The translations under genes and the position numbers were made by a program. The notes under the pieces are model-generated. The model had not been told where the DNA came from, did no database searches, and worked only from the letters and a program-made list of their open reading frames with translations. This document shows, one piece after another, positions 55,301-64,000 of a DNA stretch of 64,000 bases (positions are counted from its first letter, which is position 1; every line of letters begins with the position of its first letter). This DNA comes from a bacterium (GTDB lineage: Bacteria; Desulfobacterota; DSWW01). Location: NCBI GenBank assembly GCA_040756235.1, contig JBFLZG010000080.1, positions 1 through 64,000 on the forward strand, given 5' to 3'.

Positions 55301-58078
55301 CCGGCGCAGGCAGGCGTCCGGCACGTTCAAGGCGATCTCCCGATAGCTCACTACCTCGATGCGCCGCGGCCGCGCGTCGACCGGGACGAGCCGCAGGGTC
55401 CAGATCTCGAGCGGATCCCGGGGGTCCACCCTGACCGACGCCTCCACCCGGATCCCGTTCCAGACGCGCTCGAAGCGGAGAGTCGAGCGGTCGACCCGGC
55501 GGGCGCGACAGTCTCCTTCTGCCAGCGCGCCGCCGGCCGGTTGCGCCGTCACCGACCCGACCCGCTGCGGGTCGTCCGCAGCTCGGTCGAGGTCGACGAG
55601 GTAGAAGAACTTCCCGTGCACCTCCAGCGGGTCGTGAAATCTTTCGGTGAGGTCGATCTCCTGGCCCCGGCGCACGGCGCTGAACACCCGGCTCCAGCCC
55701 CGTCCGTCGGCGGCAAGGCTCAGGGTGTAGAGGCCGTTCCCGATGACCCAGGGGCCGGGGTCCGGGTCCGGGCGCGGGGGGCGGTCCTCCCTGCTTTCGG
55801 CGGCCGTCGAGCAAGCGCAGGCGGCCGCCTGCGAGCAGGCGCAACCGGCTGCCGGCCCGGCGCGGCCGCTGCTCCTGAGACGCCGCGCGAGCACCACCAG
55901 ACCGGCCGAGAGCGCGAGCGCCATGAATCCGCCCGCCATGAGCTCTGGCGGAAGGAGCTCTTGCGGCCTGGCCGCCGCCATCGCTTCGGCCGTATTCCAC
56001 GCGTGGCTCCAGTCAGCGCCGCGGGGCAGGTAGAAAGGGATGAGGAGGGGGGCCCAGGTCACGAAGCGGCGCAGGCCCGCAGGGATCGCGCGGGCCTTGA
56101 CCGAGTGCCCCAGGAACCGGGACGTCTTCTCGTCGATCACGTCCATTCCCACGAAGGAGACGTTCACGAGCGTGGCCACCCGGAGTCCCATGTGGTCCAG
56201 GAAGATGGCGATGCGCAGCCAGTCGTAAGCCAGGAGGTTCGTGAACGTCTGCAGGCTCCAGGCGTGGAACGCTTCGGGCGGGGCGCTGAGGTTCTTGACC
56301 GTGGCGACCGCGGTGCGCACGGCCCCGTCCTGATTGTACCAGGTCGGATCCGGGGCCATCCGCAGGAACGAGTAGATGATCGGCGCCATCCACAGCCCCC
56401 AGCGCTGCACCCGGAACGCCTGCTCCACCATGGCGGCCAGGCCGCTTCTGGTGAAGAGGGTCCGCAAGGGCTCCGTGCTCCGCTGGATGAGGGCCGTGAG
56501 CACCACCAGGTTCAAGCTGAACAGGGGCGCGGCGATGGACCAGTTGATGACGCCCGAAAGGGATTCGGCGTAGAACAGCTTCACCCCGCCGGCCGCGGGC
56601 CCCAGGTTCATGGCGCCCCACTTGCTGAACAGGGGATAGATCACGTAGCTCTCGATCTCCATGCCCGCGGCGCCGTTGAACAGGGTTGCGTACTTTCGGA
56701 ACTTGGCCGCCACGACCTGCGCCTGCGCGGCGTCGAAGTACCAGCAGACGGCCCCTCCCGCCAGTGCGCCCAGCATCGCCTCGATGGCGTAGACGCGGGG
56801 GGCCTGCAGCCGCTGACGCCTGCCGAGCAGCCTGCAATCGATCGCGTCTCGCAGGAGATTGACGGCGGCGTACGCGGCGGCGCCGGCCGCCAGACCGAAC
56901 AAGAAGCGGGTGCCCGACCCTGCGGCGGGCAGCCCCTGGCGCAGGGCCCAGGCGGCCGCCGCGCCCACCAACCCGCCGCGCAGGCCGTGGTCCCAGCGCC
57001 GATAGCTGTCGCGCAGCCGCACGACGAACGGACGGCTTCCCTCGAAGCTTTCGATCACGGTCTTGACGAGCGGGAAAAGGAGAATGCCCGCGACGAACGC
57101 GCTCTCCCAGGGGTGGGTCGCGAGCAGCGCACGGACCCACGGGACCGACAGCAGACAGGCCGCTCCGTGCACGAGCCCCATGAAGAAGCCGCCGTACACG
57201 GCCCCCTGCAGCAGCCCGCTGCGGAAGTGGCCTCCGCCCCAGTACCAGGCAGGCTGCTTGCGGTGCAGGGCGTCCATGAAGAGCCCGGTGAGCAGAAAGA
57301 CCTGGGCCCAGAGGCCTGCCTGCGCGCCGACCGCGGCCGCAATCGCCAGCGGCACGCCGAGTAACGGATGCAGCGACGCCACCGCCGCACCCGAGCCCCA
57401 CTGCGCGAGGGCGGGTGTGGTCACGGCAAACAGGGCGCTCGCGAGCAGGAGCGCGTGCATGCGGGCTTCGCAGAGGAGCCGCCCGGCCATGAGGAGCATG
57501 AGCGCATTCGCCGCAGCCTCGTTGACCAGGAAAAGCACGGCCCCCTTTCCCAGCCATCGCACCCATTCGAGGGAGAGAGCCGTGTCCCGGAACAACAGCC
57601 GGCCCGTGCGCTCGAGCAGGGACGGCGCCTGCAGGACCAACAGGCAGTTGAAGAGAAAAGGCGCGGAGAGCGCGGCCAGGCTCTCGATCCGTGAAAGATG
57701 GCGTCCTCGCGAGAACGACGTATGCGCCGCCAGGAGGAAGTAGAGGAAGCAGGCGGCGGCAGCGGCCGGAGGGGTCAGGGCGAAGAGCCCTTTCCAGGTC
57801 GCCGGCGCTTCCCAGACTCGCAGACCCGGGGTCGCCGAGGCGGCGAAGGCTGCGGCAACGAGCGCGTCCTGGAGAGCTTCGGCCGGGGCGATGCGGCGCC
57901 CTTGAAGACCGAAAGCGGTGATCCCTGCCGCCAAGGCGCCCAGGAGGGCCGCCGCAACCACGTTGCCGAGCTGCACGGCAACGCCGGTGGCCGCAACCGA
58001 GCACGCTCCTGTCAAGTAGAGCGCGATCTGAACCGGCAGTGCCGATCTCTCTTCGGTTGTGAGCTCGCTCCGACGCAT
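52397..58078 (-). CDS. Large fusion: ~750 aa polytopic membrane domain + tandem GT36/CBM-like domains + GH94 phosphorylase catalytic domain
   Basis: Hydrophobic N-terminus, VIGNGLY...GRGWS, TPRPWAHVMAN..GYG, QRSGAYGFRDQLQ, GTGDWNDGLN (catalytic Asp), GESVWLGFF, YPPGVRENGGQYSH, GRGGWSWYTGAA. RBS AGGGAAGGA before 58078. Confidence 0.88.
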   Translation of the reverse strand: MRRSELTTEERSALPVQIALYLTGACSVAATGVAVQLGNVVAAALLGALAAGITAFGLQGRRIAPAEALQDALVAAAFAASATPGLRVWEAPATWKGLFALTPPAAAAACFLYFLLAAHTSFSRGRHLSRIESLAALSAPFLFNCLLVLQAPSLLERTGRLLFRDTALSLEWVRWLGKGAVLFLVNEAAANALMLLMAGRLLCEARMHALLLASALFAVTTPALAQWGSGAAVASLHPLLGVPLAIAAAVGAQAGLWAQVFLLTGLFMDALHRKQPAWYWGGGHFRSGLLQGAVYGGFFMGLVHGAACLLSVPWVRALLATHPWESAFVAGILLFPLVKTVIESFEGSRPFVVRLRDSYRRWDHGLRGGLVGAAAAWALRQGLPAAGSGTRFLFGLAAGAAAYAAVNLLRDAIDCRLLGRRQRLQAPRVYAIEAMLGALAGGAVCWYFDAAQAQVVAAKFRKYATLFNGAAGMEIESYVIYPLFSKWGAMNLGPAAGGVKLFYAESLSGVINWSIAAPLFSLNLVVLTALIQRSTEPLRTLFTRSGLAAMVEQAFRVQRWGLWMAPIIYSFLRMAPDPTWYNQDGAVRTAVATVKNLSAPPEAFHAWSLQTFTNLLAYDWLRIAIFLDHMGLRVATLVNVSFVGMDVIDEKTSRFLGHSVKARAIPAGLRRFVTWAPLLIPFYLPRGADWSHAWNTAEAMAAARPQELLPPELMAGGFMALALSAGLVVLARRLRSSGRAGPAAGCACSQAAACACSTAAESREDRPPRPDPDPGPWVIGNGLYTLSLAADGRGWSRVFSAVRRGQEIDLTERFHDPLEVHGKFFYLVDLDRAADDPQRVGSVTAQPAGGALAEGDCRARRVDRSTLRFERVWNGIRVEASVRVDPRDPLEIWTLRLVPVDARPRRIEVVSYREIALNVPDACLRRPDYNRIHVGTWFVRGLSGILARNRLLKEEAADPAKRSMSAEVAFHAVGPLRDGAARLIGYEDSRTHFIGSSTLRRPEGLERKPREPADEGLLYGFDPIASLRVSVELAPGRAAELVFADGYASSEQEAARFLHAHLGIPAVDRAALDASWAKRRRLHGFGAPGEGDDSGSRLSGLRPCYKFSQDGLELTMGRDTPRPWAHVMANELGYGMVVNNEGAIFSFMGNAQQNGITPFASSEAPAQVPGQVLYLCDTSTGEATAPTFLPFRRKDGACSATFGRGYAVFRKSAGAVDLEYTLCVLADAPAEVRLLTIRNRSSQPAVYRVVPYLQIVLGETPFDTRGAIRFHRDEESGALCFTNPRNDFCGGWAFVAMDLAADAYETVRSRFLGGPEGGLETPFMVRHGRPDVEQPDDGYRVAALAGTLCVAPGGQQTVTLVVGQAPDMEGARSIIRACRSAPAARAALEKTRRWWDERLSVLRVTTRDERFDRLVNDWLPYQVLASHLWGRTGPNQRSGAYGFRDQLQSVLPLLFLDPGTARSQILLHGSQQFFRGDVLQWWHPSREGASGLGARNRASDPHLWLPYVTCRYVEATGDLAILDEPLPYLESRPIPPGHEGLMFAPRRARDREPLYRHCTRAIELTLDRLGRNGLPLIGTGDWNDGLNLVGPGGRGESVWLGFFLYDILQHFAPLAARREGAEQERRYLETAARLRGALDRMWGDGRYARAVTDRGQELVCADALTAAWPAISGAAGLERAANALEQGLEDLETEGLFALLQPPFTEASRPRPGRIADYPPGVRENGGQYSHGVSWLVDALVRLAECARAAGDAERAERFRARAVQVWTKISPAGHAGRKAILRYGLPPHQQAADIYWGCGYEGRGGWSWYTGAAARMLSAAYGLLGLAMRDGSLVVPDDLFDAKGPLQVKRLVYKGEEYRQRIEGSLSRRGTGTGGGPPAALDLRPVPADPEP

Positions 58079-58385
58079 TCCTTCCCTGTTGATGGACTCC
58101 CGGCCCATCCGTTCAGGCCCCGAGCGCCGGCAGCGTACGCGCTGCAGAGCCGGCCAGGGCCGCTCCAACGAACATTTCGGATCGAAACGGCAAATGTATT
58201 AGGCTGGCAGGCGAATCGAAAAACCCGATCTGCGGAGCGGTTGCGAGCGAAGCGGATCGATCCCCCGATCAAGCCATAGCGTACGTATGATACCTGCTAG
58301 ACTTGAAAGGGTAAAGCGGGGGAGCGGATTTTCTTTTCATTCGAGGTGAGCAGAGCCGCCGAGGCGGCTGCCAAATTGGGCGGAC

Positions 58386-58718
58386 ATTGCGAGGGAGCCC
58401 AAGGCGACCGAAGCAACCCCCAGAGCCAGGGAGGTTGCTTCGCTAGGCTCGCAATCTCCGGATGGTCCCCGTCCCGGGATCCCGCGGCACAAACGGATTC
58501 CCCCTTGCGAAGCTGCACCGGAATCCGTCATCCCGGCCGAAACCGCGCCGCCTTGCAGGGGCGCGCTTGCTGCGCCCGCATATTCCGTCATCCCGGCCCA
58601 CCCCTTGCACAGCGGCGGTTGCCGGGCAATACGGACTGGAGCCGGCCCCTGCCCGAACCTGATCCGGGAATTCGGTCCCTGCTCAGTCGTACCGTCATTC
58701 CCGCGGACCCCGGATCAG
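58386..58718. repeat. Cluster of mixed palindromic repeats (ATTGCGAG..GAAGCAACC..GGTTGCTTCG..CTCGCAAT, family B GTCATCCCGG units, GCAG REP)
   Basis: Several hairpins matching families seen elsewhere in the window. Confidence 0.65.
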
Positions 58719-60232
58719 GGTTGTGAGCATCCCCCTGAATCGGTGGCCGGACCTGCCAGGGGCAGGCAGATCACGAAGGTCGCACCCTCGCCCGGCCGGC
58801 TCCGGACCGAGACGGTCCCGCGATGGTTCTCGATGATGCCGTAAGCGATGCTGAGGCCCAGCCCGGTCCCTTTCCCCACGTCTTTGGTCGTGAAGAAAGG
58901 CTCGAAGATGCGGGGCTGGACTTCCTCCGGGATGCCGGGCCCGGTATCGGCGATCTCGATCCGCACCCGGTCTTGCGCAGGTTCCAAGACCGTCCGGATC
59001 GTCAGGATTCCCTTGCCCTCCATGGCTTCGGCGGCATTGAGCAGGATGTTCATGAAGACCTGACTGAGCTGCTGAGCGTCCAGGGGGACCGGAGGCAGCT
59101 CCGGGTCGAGATCCCGCACGATCTCGAGCTCGCGGAACAGACGCTGGTTCTCCAACAGGCCGAGCGTCCGCAGCAGGACTCCGTTCAAGTCGTCCGGCCG
59201 GATCTTCTGGGCGGTCTGGCGTGAGAACTCCAGCAGCTCCTGCACGATGTGTCTGCAGATCTTGGCGCCCTCGATGATCTGCCTGAGGTCGTCCCGGGCC
59301 TTCTCCTCGAGGTCGTACTCGTCGCGGAGAATCTCGGAAAAGAGCACGATCCCTGCCAGAGGGTTGTTCAGCTGGTGGGCCACCCCTGCAGCCATCTTGC
59401 CGAGGCTCGCCATCTTCTCGGCCTGGAGGAGCTGCAGCTGGGTCTGCTGCAGCTCCCGCTCCATGCGCTTCTTCTCGCTCAGATCCCGAAAGAAGCCGAT
59501 CGTGGCCACCTCCCGATAACCTTCGTAGACGACGGCCGCGGACAGGCTCACGGGCACGGCCGTTCCGTCCTTGCGCAGGATCTCGACCTCGTGGGATTTG
59601 AGCTTCCCCTTGCCGCCGTAGTACTCGCTCCGGAGCTTGCGCATGATCTCCCGGGCGCCCTCTCCCGGGTAGATCCGAACGATGTTCAGGCCGCTCAGCG
59701 CCTCGTCGACCGTGTACCCCGTGACCTCCGCGGCCGCGTCGTTGAAGATGAGGATCTTTCCCTTCGTATCGGCAGCGATGACGGCATCGGCGGAGCTCAA
59801 CATGAGGTTCCATACGAAGAACGAGTTGGGGCTCCAGAGAAAGTGCCGAGACTGCCGGCGCTCGTTCTCGCTCGAATCGGAGATGGGGTAATCGAGGACC
59901 GCGATGGACTCGATCCTTTCACCTGCGAAGATGGGCGCGGCGTAAAGGCAGAGATCGTTTCCGGCCAGGCGCATCTCGTCGGCGTCCTTCGAGACCGGCC
60001 GGTGGCGGGCGAGCACGTCGGCAACAGGGCACCCCGGGCACGGCCGAGTCCTCGCGAAAAATGCCTCGTGGCAGGCTCTCCCCGCGACCGCGCCCTGCAG
60101 GCTCTGCCGGATCGGCCCGTTGCCAGCCAGGAGTCGCAGGTCCCGGGAGACCACCATGAGCCTGCGGCTGGTCGCATCGATCGCCCTGAGGAGGAGCGCT
60201 TGCTCGTCCGCTCCGGGATGCTCGCGGCTCAT
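58715..60232 (-). CDS. PAS-PAS histidine kinase (NtrB-like)
   Basis: [81 protein letters not shown]. Confidence 0.92.
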   Translation of the reverse strand: MSREHPGADEQALLLRAIDATSRRLMVVSRDLRLLAGNGPIRQSLQGAVAGRACHEAFFARTRPCPGCPVADVLARHRPVSKDADEMRLAGNDLCLYAAPIFAGERIESIAVLDYPISDSSENERRQSRHFLWSPNSFFVWNLMLSSADAVIAADTKGKILIFNDAAAEVTGYTVDEALSGLNIVRIYPGEGAREIMRKLRSEYYGGKGKLKSHEVEILRKDGTAVPVSLSAAVVYEGYREVATIGFFRDLSEKKRMERELQQTQLQLLQAEKMASLGKMAAGVAHQLNNPLAGIVLFSEILRDEYDLEEKARDDLRQIIEGAKICRHIVQELLEFSRQTAQKIRPDDLNGVLLRTLGLLENQRLFRELEIVRDLDPELPPVPLDAQQLSQVFMNILLNAAEAMEGKGILTIRTVLEPAQDRVRIEIADTGPGIPEEVQPRIFEPFFTTKDVGKGTGLGLSIAYGIIENHRGTVSVRSRPGEGATFVICLPLAGPATDSGGCSQP

Positions 60233-60594
60233 CGCATCGCGGCCTCGATCAGGGAAAGGAGCCTTTGCGGCGAGATCGGCTTGGGCAGGAACAGGTTCGC
60301 GCCGGCGGCCTCTCCCTTCTTGCGGTCGTCCTCACTGCTCATGGCCGTGAGCATGACCACGGGAAGGTCGCGCAAGCTCTCCTGCCGGCGGATCCTGCGG
60401 CAGACCTCGTAGCCGTCCATGCCGGGCATGATGATGTCCAGGACGACCAGGTCGAAGGATTCCTTGGCCAGCGCGTCCAGCGCCTCCTCGCCGCCCGGCA
60501 CGGCCTTGGGCTGATACCCCTTGGAACGGAGCAGCTCCTCGAGGGCGATCAGCACCATCTCGTCGTCGTCGACGACCAGGACTTTCTTCGGCAT
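60229..60594 (-). CDS. Single-domain response regulator
   Basis: VLVVDDD, VLDIIMPGMDG, MLTA, FLPKP. Overlaps the downstream start (ATGA). Confidence 0.92.
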   Translation of the reverse strand: MPKKVLVVDDDEMVLIALEELLRSKGYQPKAVPGGEEALDALAKESFDLVVLDIIMPGMDGYEVCRRIRRQESLRDLPVVMLTAMSSEDDRKKGEAAGANLFLPKPISPQRLLSLIEAAMR

Positions 60595-60645
60595 GTTGCG
60601 CCTTTCTGCATGGTGACAGAGTACGGTTGTCTCACCAACGTATTC

Positions 60646-60675
60646 CGTAAGGGCGTATGGCCATACGCCCTTACG
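60646..60675. repeat. Perfect 30-bp REP-like palindrome containing the stop codon of the Cache kinase
   Basis: CGTAAGGGCGTATGG|CCATACGCCCTTACG. Confidence 0.85.
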
Positions 60676-62689
60676 AGGCGGAAGCCGGCGGCCTCGGAGC
60701 GGCCTCGGGCTTTTCACCGGGAGCTTGTTGGGACCCCGGAGCGCCGGGCCTGGCTTCGGGGTCCATGGCGGGCAGCGTCACCCGAAGCACCGTCCTCTCT
60801 CCCGGCACGCTCTCCACCTCCATGCTGCCGCCGTGATCTTCGATGATGCCGTAGCAGATCGAGAGGCCGAGCCCCGTCCCCTTGCCCATGTCCTTGGTGG
60901 TGAAGAAAGGTTCGAAGATCTTGTCCCGGATCTCGACCGGGATGCCCTTGCCGTTGTCCCGGACTTCGATGACCACCCTCCTCTTCCCGTCCTCGGTGTC
61001 CAGGCGGGTCGACAGGCGCAGGGCCTTGGCCTTCTCCATCCCTTCCATGGCATCGCGCGCATTGGCCAGCAGCTCCATGATGACTTCTTCGAGCTGGTTC
61101 CCGTCGCCGCGCACCGCGGGCAGGCCCTGGGCCAGCGACTTCTCGATGCGGATGTTGCGGTTGAGCAGCTGCTGGCCGGTGATGATGAGAGCGTCCTCCA
61201 CGGTCCGGTTGACGTCCACAGGCGCGAACTGCCCCGGAGACTGGCGCGAGAACTCCTTCAAGTGCTTGACGATGGACTCGATCCTGCGGTTGCATTCCAG
61301 CAGGACCGCCAGGCGTTTCTGCCCGGCAGGCTCCTTGCCCGCTTCATCCATGAGGACTTGGAGGATGGTGTTGGACGCCATGAGGGGGTTGTTGACGGAG
61401 TGCGCCACGCCGGCCACGAGGTCGCCCAGGGCCCGCATCTTCATGTTCTGAACGAGCTGCGCCTGGGCCTTCTTCAGCTTCGACTCGAGCTTCTTCCGTT
61501 CCGTGATGTCCTTGAACGCCCCCAGGGTCCCCACGATCTCGCCGGAGTCGTTGTAGAGCAGAGAGCCGGACGTCAGGATCGGGATCTGCCTGTCCTTGTC
61601 CCCGGTCAGGAGCAGCATCTCACGGTTCCGGAAATGGCCGCGCTCCGCCAGGATGCGCATGATGTCCCGGGCTTCCTCGATGCCGCCGGCGTAGAACTCC
61701 GAAATGTGGCGGCCGATGATCGCCTGCCGGCTCTCGCCGGTCATGATCTCCATGGCGCGGTTGGCAAAGCGGATGTAGCCCTTGGGGTCGGTGGTCACGA
61801 GACCGTCGAGCGTGCTCTCCACGAAGGTGCGGTACTTCCGCTCGGACTCGGCGAGCTCGGCGGACCTCTCTTCCACCGTGCGCTCGAGGTCCTCCGTGTA
61901 CCTGCGGAGCTTGTCTGCCATCAGGTTGAAGTTCACCGCCAGCCCGCCGATCTCGTCCGCCCGCCGGATCGGGACCTGCTGGCTCAGATCGCCCGCAGCC
62001 ATCTGCTGCGTCACCTTGTTCAGCGCCTCCATGGGCTTGGTCAGGACCTGCTCCAGCAGCAGCGTCTGCACCAGGAGCAGCGTGAGGGTGATCCCCAGCA
62101 TGAGCAGGACGAGCTGCCGGACCTGGTCGACGCCCCGGAAGATTTCGCTTTCGTAGCTCCCCGCCGCGATGATCCAGTTCCAGGGCCGGAAATAGACGTA
62201 TTTTAGCCGCTTGATCCTCGGGTGAGTGTCGCCCAGCTCCGGGTTCATCCAGGGGTAGCGGATCATGCCCACCTGGCCCGGCGCCAGACGCACCGCGTTC
62301 TGGCAGATCTCCCGGATGAAGGCGAACCCGCTGGTGTCCTTCTCGTCGATGATGTTCACGCCCTCGCGGGCAGGGTGGACGATCAGATTGCCGGACGGAT
62401 CCATCACGTAGGCGTATTCGGTCCCCACGCGCGTGGCCCGGACCGTCCGGGCCACGATGTCCCTGAGGGAAGACCGGGTCGCCGGCTCCGCCGTCCGCTC
62501 GGCCTTCTCCATCGACTCACAGAGTTGATAAATCGTGCTCACCGTCTGGATGAGGCGCGTCTGCGCTTCCTCCTTCACTTCTTTGGAAAAGATCCCGATG
62601 GTGAGCAGGGAAGAGACGACCAGAGGCAGGGAGAGCGCAAGGAAAGCCAGGAACAGCTGGTTACGGATCCTCAGATCTTGAAACCGCAT
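60671..62689 (-). CDS. Cache-HAMP-PAS histidine kinase
   Basis: [78 protein letters not shown]. Confidence 0.92.
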   Translation of the reverse strand: MRFQDLRIRNQLFLAFLALSLPLVVSSLLTIGIFSKEVKEEAQTRLIQTVSTIYQLCESMEKAERTAEPATRSSLRDIVARTVRATRVGTEYAYVMDPSGNLIVHPAREGVNIIDEKDTSGFAFIREICQNAVRLAPGQVGMIRYPWMNPELGDTHPRIKRLKYVYFRPWNWIIAAGSYESEIFRGVDQVRQLVLLMLGITLTLLLVQTLLLEQVLTKPMEALNKVTQQMAAGDLSQQVPIRRADEIGGLAVNFNLMADKLRRYTEDLERTVEERSAELAESERKYRTFVESTLDGLVTTDPKGYIRFANRAMEIMTGESRQAIIGRHISEFYAGGIEEARDIMRILAERGHFRNREMLLLTGDKDRQIPILTSGSLLYNDSGEIVGTLGAFKDITERKKLESKLKKAQAQLVQNMKMRALGDLVAGVAHSVNNPLMASNTILQVLMDEAGKEPAGQKRLAVLLECNRRIESIVKHLKEFSRQSPGQFAPVDVNRTVEDALIITGQQLLNRNIRIEKSLAQGLPAVRGDGNQLEEVIMELLANARDAMEGMEKAKALRLSTRLDTEDGKRRVVIEVRDNGKGIPVEIRDKIFEPFFTTKDMGKGTGLGLSICYGIIEDHGGSMEVESVPGERTVLRVTLPAMDPEARPGAPGSQQAPGEKPEAAPRPPASAS

Positions 62690-62710
62690 GGTGCCGCCTT
62701 TACCGCTCTC

Positions 62711-63838
62711 CTACAGACCCCAGAGAGGGAACAGGTTCTCCTCCAGGTACGCACAGACCCGGTCCGCCTCCCTGCCGGCGCGCTCCCGGACCTCGCCCTG
62801 GGAACGGAACGGCCGATCGTAGAGGCTGCCCACCTCCATCTCCGGGCCGAACATCATGCCCCCCACCAGCCCTGCGTAGCTGTCTTCCGGCTTGAGCCCG
62901 CTCAGCTCGCTCCAGGCCAGGGTCCAGCAGCGCGCCGTCCGAAAGACGTCGTACCCGCCTCCGCCCATGGCCAGCACGGCAGGGGCGGCCTCGACCAGCC
63001 TGTGAACCACGGAGCAATAGGCGTTGTTGGTCAGCTTGAGATGGGTCAGGGGATCCGAGATCAGGGCATCCGCGCCGATCTGCGCCACGAGCAGCTCGGG
63101 CCGGAACTTCCCCAACACCGGCACCACGATCCGCTCAAAGGCTCCTTCGTAGACCTCGTCATCGGTGCCCGGCTCGAGAGGTATGTTCACGTTGAACCCG
63201 AGTCCCCGGCCCTGGCCGATTTCGTTCTCGAACCCGCTCCAAGGGTAGAGGCACCTGCCGGTCTCGTGCAGGCTCACCACCAGCACCCGGTCCTCTCCGT
63301 AAAAGGCGTCCTGTACGCCGTTGCCGTGATGGGCATCGATGTCCACGTAAGCGATGCGCCGGTAGCCGGCGTCCAGGGCCTTGAGGATGGCCAGGCAGAT
63401 GTCATTGACGTAGCAGAACCCTTCGGCCCGCTCAGGCCCGGCGTGATGGCAGCCGCCCAGGATGTGGAACACCCTGCGGATGCCCTGCCGGATCAGATCG
63501 AGTCCGGTCAGGGCTCCTCCGGCCATTCCGCAGCACCAGCGGAAGAGGTCGGGAAGCAGCGGGTTGTCTTCGGTACCGAGCCCGTAGCCGAGCATCTCGG
63601 GCACGAACCGCCCCTGCTCGATCTCCTCCAGGGCGCGGACGTAGTCGGGCTTGTGGAAGCGGCAAAGGTCCTCCCGGGAAGCCTCTCCCGGAGCCCGGAG
63701 CGAGGCGCCCGGCCGGTCGAGGAGATTGTACCGGTCGCAGAGCTCGAGCGTCTTGCGGGCTCTCACCGGCTTGAACGGGTGATCCTTGCCGTAATCGAAG
63801 CGGGCCAGCTCGTCGGAGAACAAGAGGACCGATTCCAT
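62711..63838 (-). CDS. acuC: Zn-dependent deacetylase (AcuC/HDAC class I-like)
   Basis: HPFKPVR, GGCHHA..RAEGFCYVND, YVDIDAHHGNGVQ, SLHE, GADA...DPL, GGGGY. Confidence 0.9.
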   Translation of the reverse strand: MESVLLFSDELARFDYGKDHPFKPVRARKTLELCDRYNLLDRPGASLRAPGEASREDLCRFHKPDYVRALEEIEQGRFVPEMLGYGLGTEDNPLLPDLFRWCCGMAGGALTGLDLIRQGIRRVFHILGGCHHAGPERAEGFCYVNDICLAILKALDAGYRRIAYVDIDAHHGNGVQDAFYGEDRVLVVSLHETGRCLYPWSGFENEIGQGRGLGFNVNIPLEPGTDDEVYEGAFERIVVPVLGKFRPELLVAQIGADALISDPLTHLKLTNNAYCSVVHRLVEAAPAVLAMGGGGYDVFRTARCWTLAWSELSGLKPEDSYAGLVGGMMFGPEMEVGSLYDRPFRSQGEVRERAGREADRVCAYLEENLFPLWGL

Positions 63839-63879
63839 GGAGGTGCCTCCCCGCCGCTGCTCCCCTCATCAGCCTATCT

Positions 63880-64000
63880 TCAGAAGACCGTCCTCTCCTC
63901 GTAGGAGGCGGCCGTATGCTCGGACTCCCAGACCCGCACGCGGCGCAGCCGCGCTCCCCGGTCCGCAGGCATCGATCCGGCCAGACGCTGGTAGATGAAT
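63880..64000 (-). CDS. queD: 6-carboxytetrahydropterin synthase, 3' fragment (truncated by the window)
   Basis: Translation FIYQRLAGSMPADRGARLRRVRVWESEHTAASYEERTVF* matches the QueD C-terminal V.VWE...A.Y pattern. Confidence 0.7.
   Translation of the reverse strand, partial: FIYQRLAGSMPADRGARLRRVRVWESEHTAASYEERTVF

Noticed and set aside
56385..56420. RVQRW as a processive glycosyltransferase (Q/R)xxRW motif in the GH94 fusion
   Set aside because: It sits among hydrophobic segments with no visible upstream D,DxD,D-bearing soluble domain. This is not enough to call a GT and is kept only as a caveat.
58386..58718. CRISPR array in this or other repeat clusters
   Set aside because: The repeats are heterogeneous hairpins without constant-length unique spacers, and there are no cas genes.

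Overview
A GC-rich bacterial chromosomal segment whose gene content looks like Desulfobacterota/'Deltaproteobacteria' (inferred). It holds about 43 protein genes, one tRNA-Ser(GCT) and one apparently intact class C group II intron (31497-33432, minus strand). The intergenic DNA is crowded with several families of palindromic repeats and MITE-like elements, and no cognate transposase is in the window. There is no CRISPR array, prophage or integrase. Housekeeping genes include aroF, proS, rlmB, pabA/B/C, comEA, a CDP-alcohol phosphatidyltransferase and the 3' end of queD. The best candidates for something new are: (1) a two-gene operon in which a ~1,890 aa polytopic-membrane/GH94 phosphorylase fusion precedes an OpgG/OpgD-family gene with no opgH or Cgs synthase nearby, suggesting a non-canonical periplasmic beta-1,2-glucan pathway; (2) an acetate/protein-acetylation neighbourhood made of acs, a DcaP-like porin, an OFA-type MFS transporter, a CoA-transferase-GNAT fusion, a DRTGG protein, an uncharacterised GNAT-like protein and an AcuC deacetylase, where the acs and MFS sigma54 promoters share a near-identical upstream palindrome; (3) a lipoprotein/CruF-like/DUF1302/DUF1329 operon; (4) unusual fusions (PIN-DegT, HDOD-GAF-HTH, Tat-like leader on a radical SAM enzyme); and (5) nested MITE/REP architecture with shared GAGGCTGT termini. 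All calls come from reading motifs by eye. No database searches were run.
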